This document shows positions 46,904 through 55,175 of a stretch of DNA of 64,000 bases, one piece after another. The notes below the pieces were generated by a model. It had not been told where the DNA came from. It was given only the letters and a program-made list of their open reading frames with translations, and did no database searches. Within the stretch, counting starts at the first letter, position 1, and every line of letters starts with the position of its first letter. Where the stretch lies: positions 21,872-85,871 of the forward strand of contig JAJDNV010000159.1 in the NCBI GenBank assembly GCA_022340545.1, given 5' to 3'. A program made the translations under genes and the position numbers. The DNA is from Acidobacteriota bacterium (GTDB lineage Bacteria; Acidobacteriota; Vicinamibacteria; Fen-336).

Positions 46904-48001
46904 TCAGCCGCGGCGCGTCTTGAAGTCCGCCATGAACGCCACGAGCGCCTGCACCGACTCGATGGGGCATGCGTTGTAGATCGAGGCCCGCAGCCCGCCC
47001 ACGGAGCGGTGGCCCTTGAGCCCGGCGAGGTCCGCAGCCTCCGCCTCCTTCACGAACTGCTTCTCGAGATCCTCGCTCGGGAGGCGGAACGTGACGTTCA
47101 TCCGGGAGCGGCTCTCCTTCTGCGCGTGACCGCGGTAGAACCCGCCGCTCGCGTCGATTGCGTCGTAGAGAAGCCCCGCCTTGGTCTCGTTTCGCCTTCC
47201 GATCTCGGCCAGCCCCCCCAGCTCCCGGAGCCACTTCAACACCCGACCCACCACATACACGGCAAACGTGGGGGGGGTGTTGTAGAGAGACTGCTTCTCG
47301 GCCATCAGACGATAGTCCATGAGCGCGGGCAGCCCACCCGGTGGCCGCTCCAGCAGGTCCTTTCGGATCACGACCACCGCGACCCCCGCGGGGCCGAGGT
47401 TCTTCTGGGCCCCCGCGTAGAGGACACCGTAGGGCTGAATGTCGAGCGGGCGGCTCAACACGTCGGAGGAGGCGTCGCAGACCAGCGGCACCCCGGGTGG
47501 GGTCTTCGGTTCGGTGGGCCACTGGGTCCCGTAGATCGTGTTGTTCGACGTGAAGTGGGCGTAGGCGGCCTTCGGGTCGAAGTCGAGCTCGCCTTGCGAG
47601 GGGATGCGATCGAAGCCGGAGGACTCGGTCGAGCCCACCGTGCGGACGCTGCCTCCCTTGCCCGCCTCCTTCATCGCCGCCCTCGACCAGCTACCGGTGA
47701 GCACGTAGTCGGCGGACGCCCCGGTCGGTCGCAGGTTCGCCGGCACCATGGCGAACTGCAGCGAGGCCCCTCCCTGAAGGAAGAGGACCGCGTGCTCCGA
47801 GGACAGATTCAGCAGGGCGCGAAGGTCGGCCTCCGCCTGCTCGATGATCTCCTTGAACGCCGCCGAGCGGTGGCTCAGCTCCATCACGGACATGCCCGTT
47901 CCGGCGTGATCGAGAAGCTCCGCCTGCACCTGCTCCAGCACGGGGAGCGGGAGGATGGCCGGGCCCGCTCCGAAGTTGTGGACGCGCCTCGTGGTTGTCA
48001 T
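46904..48001 (-). CDS. serC: phosphoserine aminotransferase
   Basis: NFGAGPAILP N-terminus, YAGAQKNLGPAGV PLP-lysine region. About 365 aa. Confidence 0.9.
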   Translation of the reverse strand: MTTTRRVHNFGAGPAILPLPVLEQVQAELLDHAGTGMSVMELSHRSAAFKEIIEQAEADLRALLNLSSEHAVLFLQGGASLQFAMVPANLRPTGASADYVLTGSWSRAAMKEAGKGGSVRTVGSTESSGFDRIPSQGELDFDPKAAYAHFTSNNTIYGTQWPTEPKTPPGVPLVCDASSDVLSRPLDIQPYGVLYAGAQKNLGPAGVAVVVIRKDLLERPPGGLPALMDYRLMAEKQSLYNTPPTFAVYVVGRVLKWLRELGGLAEIGRRNETKAGLLYDAIDASGGFYRGHAQKESRSRMNVTFRLPSEDLEKQFVKEAEAADLAGLKGHRSVGGLRASIYNACPIESVQALVAFMADFKTRRG

Positions 48002-48072
48002 GGGCGCCTATGCTACCCCCGTTCCCGGCCCCTTTTCATGAAACCTTTTCACCGTCTTGAACGTCACAGATC

Positions 48073-48360
48073 ATGAAAGGCGACACCTCGTCTGCCGCAG
48101 GCAGGGCGGGCGTAGCTTCGGAGGATTCCCGAATGGAGCAGGCGCAATCGGGGGTGTCTCACCCGACCCTCAAGATGATGCTGGAGGCCTACGAGAGGCG
48201 GATCATCGAAGAGGCGCTGCACGCCACGAAGGGCAACCAGCGGCGAGCGGCCCGGGCGCTGGGGGTGCTCCCCACCACGCTGCACGAGAAGATGAAACGG
48301 CTGGGCCTGCGGCCTCGTGCCGCCGACACCGAGGAGGTGGCGCCCGTTCTCGTCGCCTAG
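48073..48360 (+). CDS. small Fis-family HTH DNA-binding protein
   Basis: C-terminal HTH_8: ERRIIEEALHATKGNQRRAARALGVLPTTLHEKMKRLGL. 95 aa, no AAA+ domain. The start could be the internal ATG at 48133. Confidence 0.55.
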   Translation: MKGDTSSAAGRAGVASEDSRMEQAQSGVSHPTLKMMLEAYERRIIEEALHATKGNQRRAARALGVLPTTLHEKMKRLGLRPRAADTEEVAPVLVA

Positions 48361-48395
48361 GACCCCCCACCCCTCCGGCCCACGCCGACCCGGCC

Positions 48396-48998
48396 TCAGG
48401 GCCTGAGAGTACCCTCGAAGCCGTGATCACCCACGACCAGGGCAACCCGTGCCGTCGGGATGACGGACACCGAGCCGGAGGGCACGCGCATCTCGATCGC
48501 GTCACCCCGGATCGAGACCTGGCCCGGGCTCGCGGAGTGGTCGGTGCGCCAGAGGCTCCGCTGGCGCCCCTGCGACGTCAGGGCAAACGCTGCCACGGTC
48601 ACGAGGGCCTGGGCCGAGATCCCCTCGGCAGGATCGGCCCCGAGGGCGAGCACCCCGAGGTCGACCCGGTAGTCCGCCCCCGCCCGGGGGTCGTCTGACG
48701 CGGCCGACCAGCCGGTGTTTCGATCAGCATCGCCGTCCACGTAGATCGCGGCCCGGAGGCGGCCGGACACCGGGGCCCCCGACGAGAGGTAGAGGACGTC
48801 ATTCACGGGCCGGTCGAAGCTCACCCGCAGGACGAGCTCGCCGCCGTCGACGACGCCGTGGACCTCGGTGACCTGCGCCGCGATGCCCTCTCCGGGTGCG
48901 ACGTCGGTGACGATCGTGGCGGGGCGCGCGCCCCAGTAGAAGAGCGGTCGACCCAGGGGCTGGGCCAGCAGCATCACGAGCAGAAGGACCATCACCAC
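48396..48998 (-). CDS. hypothetical secreted/membrane-anchored protein
   Basis: N-terminal hydrophobic segment MVMVLLLVMLLAQP. No recognised motif. Confidence 0.45.
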   Translation of the reverse strand: MVMVLLLVMLLAQPLGRPLFYWGARPATIVTDVAPGEGIAAQVTEVHGVVDGGELVLRVSFDRPVNDVLYLSSGAPVSGRLRAAIYVDGDADRNTGWSAASDDPRAGADYRVDLGVLALGADPAEGISAQALVTVAAFALTSQGRQRSLWRTDHSASPGQVSIRGDAIEMRVPSGSVSVIPTARVALVVGDHGFEGTLRP

Positions 48999-49129
48999 GC
49001 AGAGCCTAGTCCCGATCCGACGGGGGGTGCAAGCCGGCCCCCAAGAGCGGGGGTTCAGTCGGTCAGCTCGAAGAGCAGCAGAAGCGTTCGGGTAGTGTCG
49101 GGACCGGACCGGCCCCGGACCTACACGCC

Positions 49130-49351
49130 TCAGGTGCCCCCGTACCCGAGCTTGACGCGGCCCTCGTCAACGATGACCGGCACGCTGCGTCGGCCTCCCG
49201 AGTGCCCGAGCATCTCGTCGAGCGCCGCCGGCGACGCAGTGACGTCCCGATAGTCAACCGTGTAGCCCTTACCCGCGTAGGCCTCCCGGGCCTCGGTGGT
49301 GTGGGGTCACGTGTTCTTGCCAAAGATGAGGACGGTGCGCGAGTCTGCCAT
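49130..49351 (-). CDS. glutaredoxin/NrdH-like small redoxin with an in-frame TGA at the active-site Cys position (candidate selenoprotein, alternatively a pseudogene)
   Basis: Absent from the ORF track. Translation MADSRTVLIFGKNT[TGA]PHTTEAREAYAGKGYTVDYRDVTASPAALDEMLGHSGGRRSVPVIVDEGRVKLGYGGT has the glutaredoxin-fold layout, with TGA (49307-49309) exactly where the CxxC cysteine sits. TATAAT immediately upstream of the ATG. Short GC hairpin downstream of the TGA. Confidence 0.45.
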
Positions 49352-49379
49352 GGCTTCATTATAGGGGCCCCGGTGTACC

Positions 49380-49601
49380 ATGGGCCCCATGCGGAACTTC
49401 GGGGCGATCATGCTGCTTGCAGGCATCCTGGGCTTCTTCTACGCCTCGCAGCAGCTCGAGAAGTACGAGCCGGTGCCCGCGGGCGTGAGCATCAGCGAGG
49501 GACTGAACCGCCCGGCCGGTCGGTGGGACCTGGCGCGCTACGCCTGCGCGGGGGTCGCGGGGATCGGGTTCCTCATGGCGCTCTTCCCCAAGGGACGCTG
49601 A
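49380..49601 (+). CDS. small two-TM membrane protein, hypothetical
   Basis: 73 aa with two hydrophobic helices. 15 nt upstream of the LOG gene. Confidence 0.35.
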   Translation: MGPMRNFGAIMLLAGILGFFYASQQLEKYEPVPAGVSISEGLNRPAGRWDLARYACAGVAGIGFLMALFPKGR

Positions 49602-49615
49602 CGCCCGGTCCACGC

Positions 49616-50197
49616 GTGCGACGCATCTGCGTCTTCTGCGGGTCGAGCGTGGGCTCCGATCCACGCTACCGTGATGCCGCCGCCGAGGTGGGACGCCGGC
49701 TCGCCTCGGAGGGGCTCGGCGTGGTCTTCGGGGGCGGCTCGATCGGGCTGATGGGCGTCCTGGCTGATGCCACCCTGGCCGCGGGGGGCGAGCTGGTCGG
49801 CGTCATCCCCCACGCCCTCGCCGCCCGCGAGCTGGCCCACCGGGGAGTGCCCGACATGCGCGTTGTCCCGAGCATGCACGCCCGCAAGGCCCTCATGGCC
49901 GAGCTCTCCGACGCCTTCATCGCCCTCCCCGGCGGGCTCGGCACCTTCGAGGAGCTCCTCGAGATCGCGACGTGGGGCCAGCTCGGGATCCATCACAAGC
50001 CCGTGGGCATGCTGAATGTCGCCGGCTACTACGCCCCGCTGATCACGCTGCTGGATCACGCCGTGAAGGAGGGCTTCGTCTCGGAGGAGAACCGGCGGCT
50101 CATCGTCGTGGCGGACTCCCCTCCGGCGCTGCTGGAGGAGCTTCGCCGCAACCGGCGGCCGGAGCGGCGTGAGTGGATCACCCCCGACGAGGCCTAG
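49616..50197 (+). CDS. LOG-family cytokinin riboside 5'-monophosphate phosphoribohydrolase (TIGR00730)
   Basis: GTG start. RICVFCGSS...GGGSIGLMG...PGGLGTFEEL motifs. Confidence 0.8.
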   Translation: MRRICVFCGSSVGSDPRYRDAAAEVGRRLASEGLGVVFGGGSIGLMGVLADATLAAGGELVGVIPHALAARELAHRGVPDMRVVPSMHARKALMAELSDAFIALPGGLGTFEELLEIATWGQLGIHHKPVGMLNVAGYYAPLITLLDHAVKEGFVSEENRRLIVVADSPPALLEELRRNRRPERREWITPDEA

Positions 50198-50198
50198 C

Positions 50199-50233
50199 GC
50201 GTCCCCCGAGCCCCCTACGTGGGGAGGGACTCA
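50199..50233 (-). repeat. partial copy (first palindrome only) of the ~110-bp hairpin repeat
   Basis: CCCCCTACGTGGGGAGGGA between convergent LOG and SPFH genes. Confidence 0.4.
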
Positions 50234-51313
50234 GAACTTCACCTCGGTGACCTTCCCGTCCTCGAAGATGACGGTGAGGTCGGCGAAGCTCCAGCGGGTC
50301 TTGTTCCCGAAGACCACCTCTCCGGTCGGGTCCCCGAACATCCCCTTGACCTCGTCGAAGGTCATGCCCGGCGTGATCTCGCGCCGGCCGGTGGGCGCCG
50401 GTGGCGTGGCCGCTGCTCCGGGACCCGCGGGCGGAGTTCCCGCGGCTGCGGGGGGCGTTCCCTGCGTCGCCTTGGCGATGGCCCCCGCCATCATCTGCGG
50501 CATCATCATGCCGATCCCGGCACCCAGACCTAGCCCGGCCGCGCCGCCCGTCTCCCCGGGGTTCTCGGCGGCAGCCTCGACCGCCCGGGCCGTCTTGTAC
50601 GCCATGTAACGCTGCATGTCGCCCACCGCGCCCATCCCCGCGCGCTCGTCGATCATCTTCTGCACTTCCTCGGGCGGGGTGATGGCCCCGATGAGGAAGT
50701 CCACGAGCTCGACCCCGTACTTGGCGAAGTCGTCGGCGACGCGGCCCTTGAGGGCCCCGGACAGCTCGTCGTAGTAGCGAGGGAGGTCGAGGACGGTCTT
50801 GAGCGTCTCGCCCAGCAGGTCGGTCAGCCGGGCCACGCAGATGGCGCGCAGGAAGTCCTCGATGGCATCGGTCGTGTAGACCCCGCGCGTTCCCACGAGC
50901 TGCTGGATGAAGATGGCGGGATCGACGACGCGCATGGAGAACCGCCCGAACGAGCGCAGGCGCACCATCGAGAGCTCGGAATCGCGGAAGACGATGGGCT
51001 CCTTCGTCCCCCACTTCAGCTCGGTGAACGTCTGCCGGCTGACGAAATAGACCTGCGCCTGGAATGGCGAGGTCCCGTCGAAGGGAAGGCCGAGCAGCTT
51101 CACGAGCAGCGGCAGGTTCACCGTCGTGAGGGTGTGGCGTCCGGAGGTCAGGGCGTCGAGCGCCTTGCCGTCCCGGAAGAAGACCCCCCACTGGTTGTCC
51201 TGAACGATGAGCTGCGCGCCGAACTTGATGTCGGCGGAGCCCGAGGGGGGCTCACGGTGGACGATCTCCGAGCCGGTGGGGTCGAAGTACTGGATCAGCT
51301 CGAGAAGGGCCAT
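50231..51313 (-). CDS. SPFH/band-7 domain protein
   Basis: SPFH core (…[29 protein letters not shown]…), Ala/Pro/Gly-rich linker and a small C-terminal domain. Confidence 0.75.
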   Translation of the reverse strand: MALLELIQYFDPTGSEIVHREPPSGSADIKFGAQLIVQDNQWGVFFRDGKALDALTSGRHTLTTVNLPLLVKLLGLPFDGTSPFQAQVYFVSRQTFTELKWGTKEPIVFRDSELSMVRLRSFGRFSMRVVDPAIFIQQLVGTRGVYTTDAIEDFLRAICVARLTDLLGETLKTVLDLPRYYDELSGALKGRVADDFAKYGVELVDFLIGAITPPEEVQKMIDERAGMGAVGDMQRYMAYKTARAVEAAAENPGETGGAAGLGLGAGIGMMMPQMMAGAIAKATQGTPPAAAGTPPAGPGAAATPPAPTGRREITPGMTFDEVKGMFGDPTGEVVFGNKTRWSFADLTVIFEDGKVTEVKF

Positions 51314-51322
51314 GGGTTCCTC

Positions 51323-51832
51323 CTACTTCACCCCGGAGAGGATGTGCTCGCGCTCGGTCAGGGCCTCGTCGAGCGCGTCGAGCCGGGCGATGAAGCCCTG
51401 AAGCGCTGGCCCCACGCCCCCCGCCGCAGCCCCGGCGGCCTGGGCGGCCTCGCGCGCCTCCTCGACGCCACCGAGGAGAGCGAGGTCGAACCGATAGACC
51501 CGGTCGAGGACGGCATCGTCGATCTTGACTGCGTCGAAGAAGCCGGCGTAGCCGCGGTCCGCGTAGCGGATGCGGGCGGCGACCTTGTCGAGGCGCTTGC
51601 GCGCGGTCTCGATGTCATTGATCGCATCGAGCTCACCCACGCGGCTGGCGTTCGCGGAGAGCGTGTCCAGCTCCTTCTTGGACCCCTCGAGCCGCACCGC
51701 CATGTGTTCGCGGCTGATGCGGTCTGCCTCGCGGCGCCGCTCCTTCTCACGATACCCCTTGAAGCCGGGTATCTTGCTCGCGATCTTCTCCAGGAAGTTC
51801 TGGCCTTCCCGGATCTTGTCGACGAGGTCCAT
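51323..51832 (-). CDS. hypothetical coiled-coil protein co-transcribed upstream of the SPFH gene
   Basis: 169 aa, charged/helical. 9-bp gap to the SPFH gene. Confidence 0.5.
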   Translation of the reverse strand: MDLVDKIREGQNFLEKIASKIPGFKGYREKERRREADRISREHMAVRLEGSKKELDTLSANASRVGELDAINDIETARKRLDKVAARIRYADRGYAGFFDAVKIDDAVLDRVYRFDLALLGGVEEAREAAQAAGAAAGGVGPALQGFIARLDALDEALTEREHILSGVK

Positions 51833-51951
51833 GCTCCTCCCCCCCGCCGCTCGCTACGCGGATGGCCCCAAAAGGTCGGGGCCGGAACGGCTGAAACGAA
51901 GGTACCCGCCGAGCGAGCAGGGGTCAACCGGAGCCGGCTCAGTGCAGCCGA

Positions 51952-53061
51952 TCAGGGACGGCCGATCGTCACCGATGTTCCGGCCGCCTCCGGAGCGGCG
52001 CGCTCCACCGCCGTCGTGCTGGGCTCGGGCGGCAGCAGCCGGGGGGGAACGACGAAGGGCTCCGCCTCGGGCGGGATCTTGCGGATGGGGATGACGTAGC
52101 GGCGTCCGGCGCGGATCATCGTGCTGCGGAGGCCGTTCGCGCGACGGATGGCCCGGGTGCTCGTGCCGTAGCGGCGCGACAGGTGCGAGAGCGTCTCTCC
52201 GCTCCGCACGCGGTGCGTCACGGTGGGCCCGGGGGCCAGGCCCGCCTTCACGAGCAGCGGGTACGCGATCCGACCCCACTCCTGCGCCCGCGCGTTGTAG
52301 AAGCGCACGTGCATGTGATCGCGGTGCCCACGGACGTGCTGGATGAGGGCGTCCTTGCCCCCCGTGTACCGGCCGAACAGGACGTCCAGCCACAGCCGGT
52401 TCTCGCCAACCTCCAGGGCGTGGCTGTAGAGGTACCGCTGAACACTCCGGTCCAGGAAGATCCGGTGAACGTCGGTCTCGGTCACCAGCGCCCGCACGAG
52501 CGCCCAGGTCCGCGGGAGGTCGAGGTTGCTCTTGCGGCCGCGCAGGAAGTCTTCGACCTCCGAGCGGTGGTAGAAGCCGAGGTCAACGTCCCGCCCGACC
52601 TGGTGTGAGGCGTGCCAGTTGAGACGTCCTCCGTCGGGTCGGCTGATGTCGCCAACGACGAGCCGGGGCGAGCCCGGGAACTGCGCTTCGACCGTCTCGA
52701 TCGCCTTGATGATGAAGCCGAGTGTCTCGGTCGTCCCGTAGGTCTCGCGCGGGTTGCGGATCTGCCAGAGATCGCCCTCCGGCATCGGCTGCGGATTGAA
52801 GAGGAGGCCCGCGTTCGGAGAGCCGATCGACAGGGGCCCGAGAGCCTTCGGGTCGAGCTGGATGAGGAGCCTCAGCCCCTCGCGGCTGGGACTGGGAGCG
52901 GTGGGCTCGGGTGCCGCCGGGAAGAGGGCACTGATCGGGGAGAGGTCGATGGCCCCGCCGAGTTCGGGCTGGTCGGCCTCGACGAGCGAGCCGACGGCCA
53001 CGACGAGGAGCGTGGCACAGACAAGGATCGGGCGGTGTCGCCGATTGTCGCTGGTCTTCAT
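51952..53061 (-). CDS. penicillin-insensitive murein endopeptidase (MepA/M74-like) with C-terminal LysM domain
   Basis: Signal peptide. HASHQVGRDVDLGFY ... HVRGHRDHMHVRF metal-ligand pattern. LysM (HRVRSGETLSHLSRRYGTSTRAIRRANGL). Confidence 0.7.
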   Translation of the reverse strand: MKTSDNRRHRPILVCATLLVVAVGSLVEADQPELGGAIDLSPISALFPAAPEPTAPSPSREGLRLLIQLDPKALGPLSIGSPNAGLLFNPQPMPEGDLWQIRNPRETYGTTETLGFIIKAIETVEAQFPGSPRLVVGDISRPDGGRLNWHASHQVGRDVDLGFYHRSEVEDFLRGRKSNLDLPRTWALVRALVTETDVHRIFLDRSVQRYLYSHALEVGENRLWLDVLFGRYTGGKDALIQHVRGHRDHMHVRFYNARAQEWGRIAYPLLVKAGLAPGPTVTHRVRSGETLSHLSRRYGTSTRAIRRANGLRSTMIRAGRRYVIPIRKIPPEAEPFVVPPRLLPPEPSTTAVERAAPEAAGTSVTIGRP

Positions 53062-53336
53062 GAATGTGTGCGGCGTCCCGCCTCATCGGCCTCGCCCCGT
53101 GGGGGGCGATCCGCAGTCAACCTTCGATCGGCGACTATTCTGCCAGAATCCAGGCAGGTTTGTGTCAACCGAGTTGACGTTCTTCTTCCACCCCTGTCAC
53201 CGCCGCCAAACGCTGCGCCGGCGGCGCCGCTTCTGCCCGGCCATCGGGCGGGGCGCCGACGTCTTCCCGCCGGATCTCGGCGTGGCGGCGCGGGGCGCTC
53301 TTGTCGCGGACCGGACATGACAACCGGGGGAACGCG

Positions 53337-53867
53337 CTAGAGGCGAGGCGCCTCGTCGTCGTCCGTCGAGGCCGCGACGGCGATCGAGGTGGGGCCGATG
53401 TTCCCGACGAGGTGGTGGTCGTGGCCCTGGTCGTCGGTGAACTGGAAGGTCACCCGCATCAGGTCGCAGGGGGCGTTCCACCGGAGGAGCACGACGAAGC
53501 TCCTTGCCGAGCCCGCCTCCAACCGGTTCGACCCGGTCTGCTCGATGAGCTGCGCACCGCTGAAATCGTAGCGGTCGACGAGGGCGTCATCCTTGTAGAA
53601 GTCCCCGCGCACGTAGTTGAGGTGGGCACCGAGGCCCGCCGCCTCGCTCATCGACGCGGTGAACTGGACGTAGCTCGTGAAGTTGGGATCGAGGCTCGGC
53701 CCGGTGACCGCGTCGGAACCGATGACCACCGTGATGTCCGCCTTGGGAGCCGTCGCCTGGACGACGGGGCTGCTGGGAGCGGTGAGGTTGGAGTCGCTAT
53801 CGCTGCCGCACCCGGCGGCAAGCATCAGCGCCACCAGCACCGACATCGTCTCGATCGCCCTCTGCAT
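53337..53867 (-). CDS. lipoprotein of unknown function
   Basis: Lipobox MLAAGC. Start uncertain (ATG at 53867, 53885 or 53846). Confidence 0.5.
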   Translation of the reverse strand: MQRAIETMSVLVALMLAAGCGSDSDSNLTAPSSPVVQATAPKADITVVIGSDAVTGPSLDPNFTSYVQFTASMSEAAGLGAHLNYVRGDFYKDDALVDRYDFSGAQLIEQTGSNRLEAGSARSFVVLLRWNAPCDLMRVTFQFTDDQGHDHHLVGNIGPTSIAVAASTDDDEAPRL

Positions 53868-53941
53868 CGCGCCCTCCACGACCAACCTCGGCCGCGGGGA
53901 GGGTGTTCAAGGGGCGTGCCAGCCAGTCCCCGACCTATACG

Positions 53942-53981
53942 CACAACCTAAACGACTCACAATGAGTCGGTTAGGTTGTGG
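53942..53981 (-). terminator. strong hairpin downstream of the GME gene (17-bp stem, 4-nt loop)
   Basis: ACAACCTAAACGACTCA caat TGAGTCGGTTAGGTTGT with one mismatch. About 80 bp past the stop at 54063. Confidence 0.5.
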
Positions 53982-54062
53982 TCGCGAATGGACTCGACGA
54001 GCGGTCTTCTTGTCAGGTTCTCGGACACGCAGGGTCGGCAACCGCGTCCGGCCAGCCCGCGA

Positions 54063-55037
54063 CTAGACCTTCTCCCCGCGGGCCATGGCCTTCTCGGTCT
54101 GCTCCTTCACCCAGGGGTAGGTCCGGGAGAGGCCGTCGCGAAGGCTGTGCCGGTCGACCCAGCCCATCGAGCGGATCCGCTCGGAGCTGTGGTTGCGGGC
54201 GTGAACGCCCACGGGGCCGTCGACGTGGCGGATCTTGACCGTCTTGCCGGCCACCTCGGCCACGAGCTTCACGAGGCCGTCGACCGATATGCGCTCGTCG
54301 GCGCCGATGTTCGTGGGCTCCTCGACGTCGGACTGCATGAGCAGGCGGATGCCACCGACGAGGTCGTCGACGTAGGTGAAGACGCGCATGGCCGTCCCGT
54401 CGCCCCACACCTCGATGGTGCCGCCGTCCTCGACCGCCGCGACCTTGCGGCACATCGCCGCGGGGGCTTTCTCGCGTCCGCCGTTCCAGGTGCCGTAGGG
54501 GCCGTAGCAGTTCTGGAAGCGGGCCACCCGCACCGTCATGCCCATGTTGCGCTGGAAGGCGAGGGCCACCCGCTCGGAGTAGAGCTTCTCCCAGCCGTAC
54601 TCGTTGTCGGGCTGGGCGGGATAGGCCTCTTTCTCGGTGAGATCCGGCTCGTCCGGCTGCTGGTCGCGGTAGACGCATGCCGAGGAGGAGAAGAGGTAGC
54701 GCGGCACACCGTGGTGGGCCGCGGCGTGGCTCATGTGGGTGTTGATCAGCAGGCTGTTGTGCATGATCTCGCACTCGGCGGAGTGGATGAATCCCATCCC
54801 ACCCATGTCGGCGGCCAGCTGATAGACCTCGTCGGCGGGTTTGCCGTCGACGAGGACCGCCCGTACGCAGCTCTCCGGGTCACGAAGGTCGAGCTGCAGG
54901 AACTCGTCGGCCGCGGTCTGCCGAAACTCATGCTGCTTGATGTCGACCCCGCGGACCCAGAGGCCCTCCTGCTTCAGCCGCTCGACCAGGTGGCCCCCGA
55001 TGAACCCTCCCGCACCACAGACCACCGCTCTCTTCAT
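54063..55037 (-). CDS. GDP-mannose 3,5-epimerase (GME-type extended SDR)
   Basis: Long collinear matches to plant GME: LAADMGGMGFI, RFQNCYGPYGTWNGGREKAPAAMCRK, GVHARNHSSERIRSMGW, TYPWVKEQTEKAMARG. N-terminal GAGGFIGGHL. Confidence 0.85.
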   Translation of the reverse strand: MKRAVVCGAGGFIGGHLVERLKQEGLWVRGVDIKQHEFRQTAADEFLQLDLRDPESCVRAVLVDGKPADEVYQLAADMGGMGFIHSAECEIMHNSLLINTHMSHAAAHHGVPRYLFSSSACVYRDQQPDEPDLTEKEAYPAQPDNEYGWEKLYSERVALAFQRNMGMTVRVARFQNCYGPYGTWNGGREKAPAAMCRKVAAVEDGGTIEVWGDGTAMRVFTYVDDLVGGIRLLMQSDVEEPTNIGADERISVDGLVKLVAEVAGKTVKIRHVDGPVGVHARNHSSERIRSMGWVDRHSLRDGLSRTYPWVKEQTEKAMARGEKV

Positions 55038-55175
55038 GGTCGACTCTCACCCTCCTGCTCCCCGCCGGGATGCGGGCAGACGGAACGTATCACAACTCCC
55101 TGGAGGCTCCGACGGCGGCACTCCCAGCTGTCGCACCTGTGAGACGATACGCGCCTCAGACGCGCCCGGGGATCC

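Noticed and set aside
49063-49359. 98-aa minus-strand ORF (MKPWQTRAPSS...)
   Set aside because: Arg/Ser/Thr-rich translation with no motif. A different frame on the same strand gives the glutaredoxin-fold ORF interrupted by TGA, which explains the open frame better.
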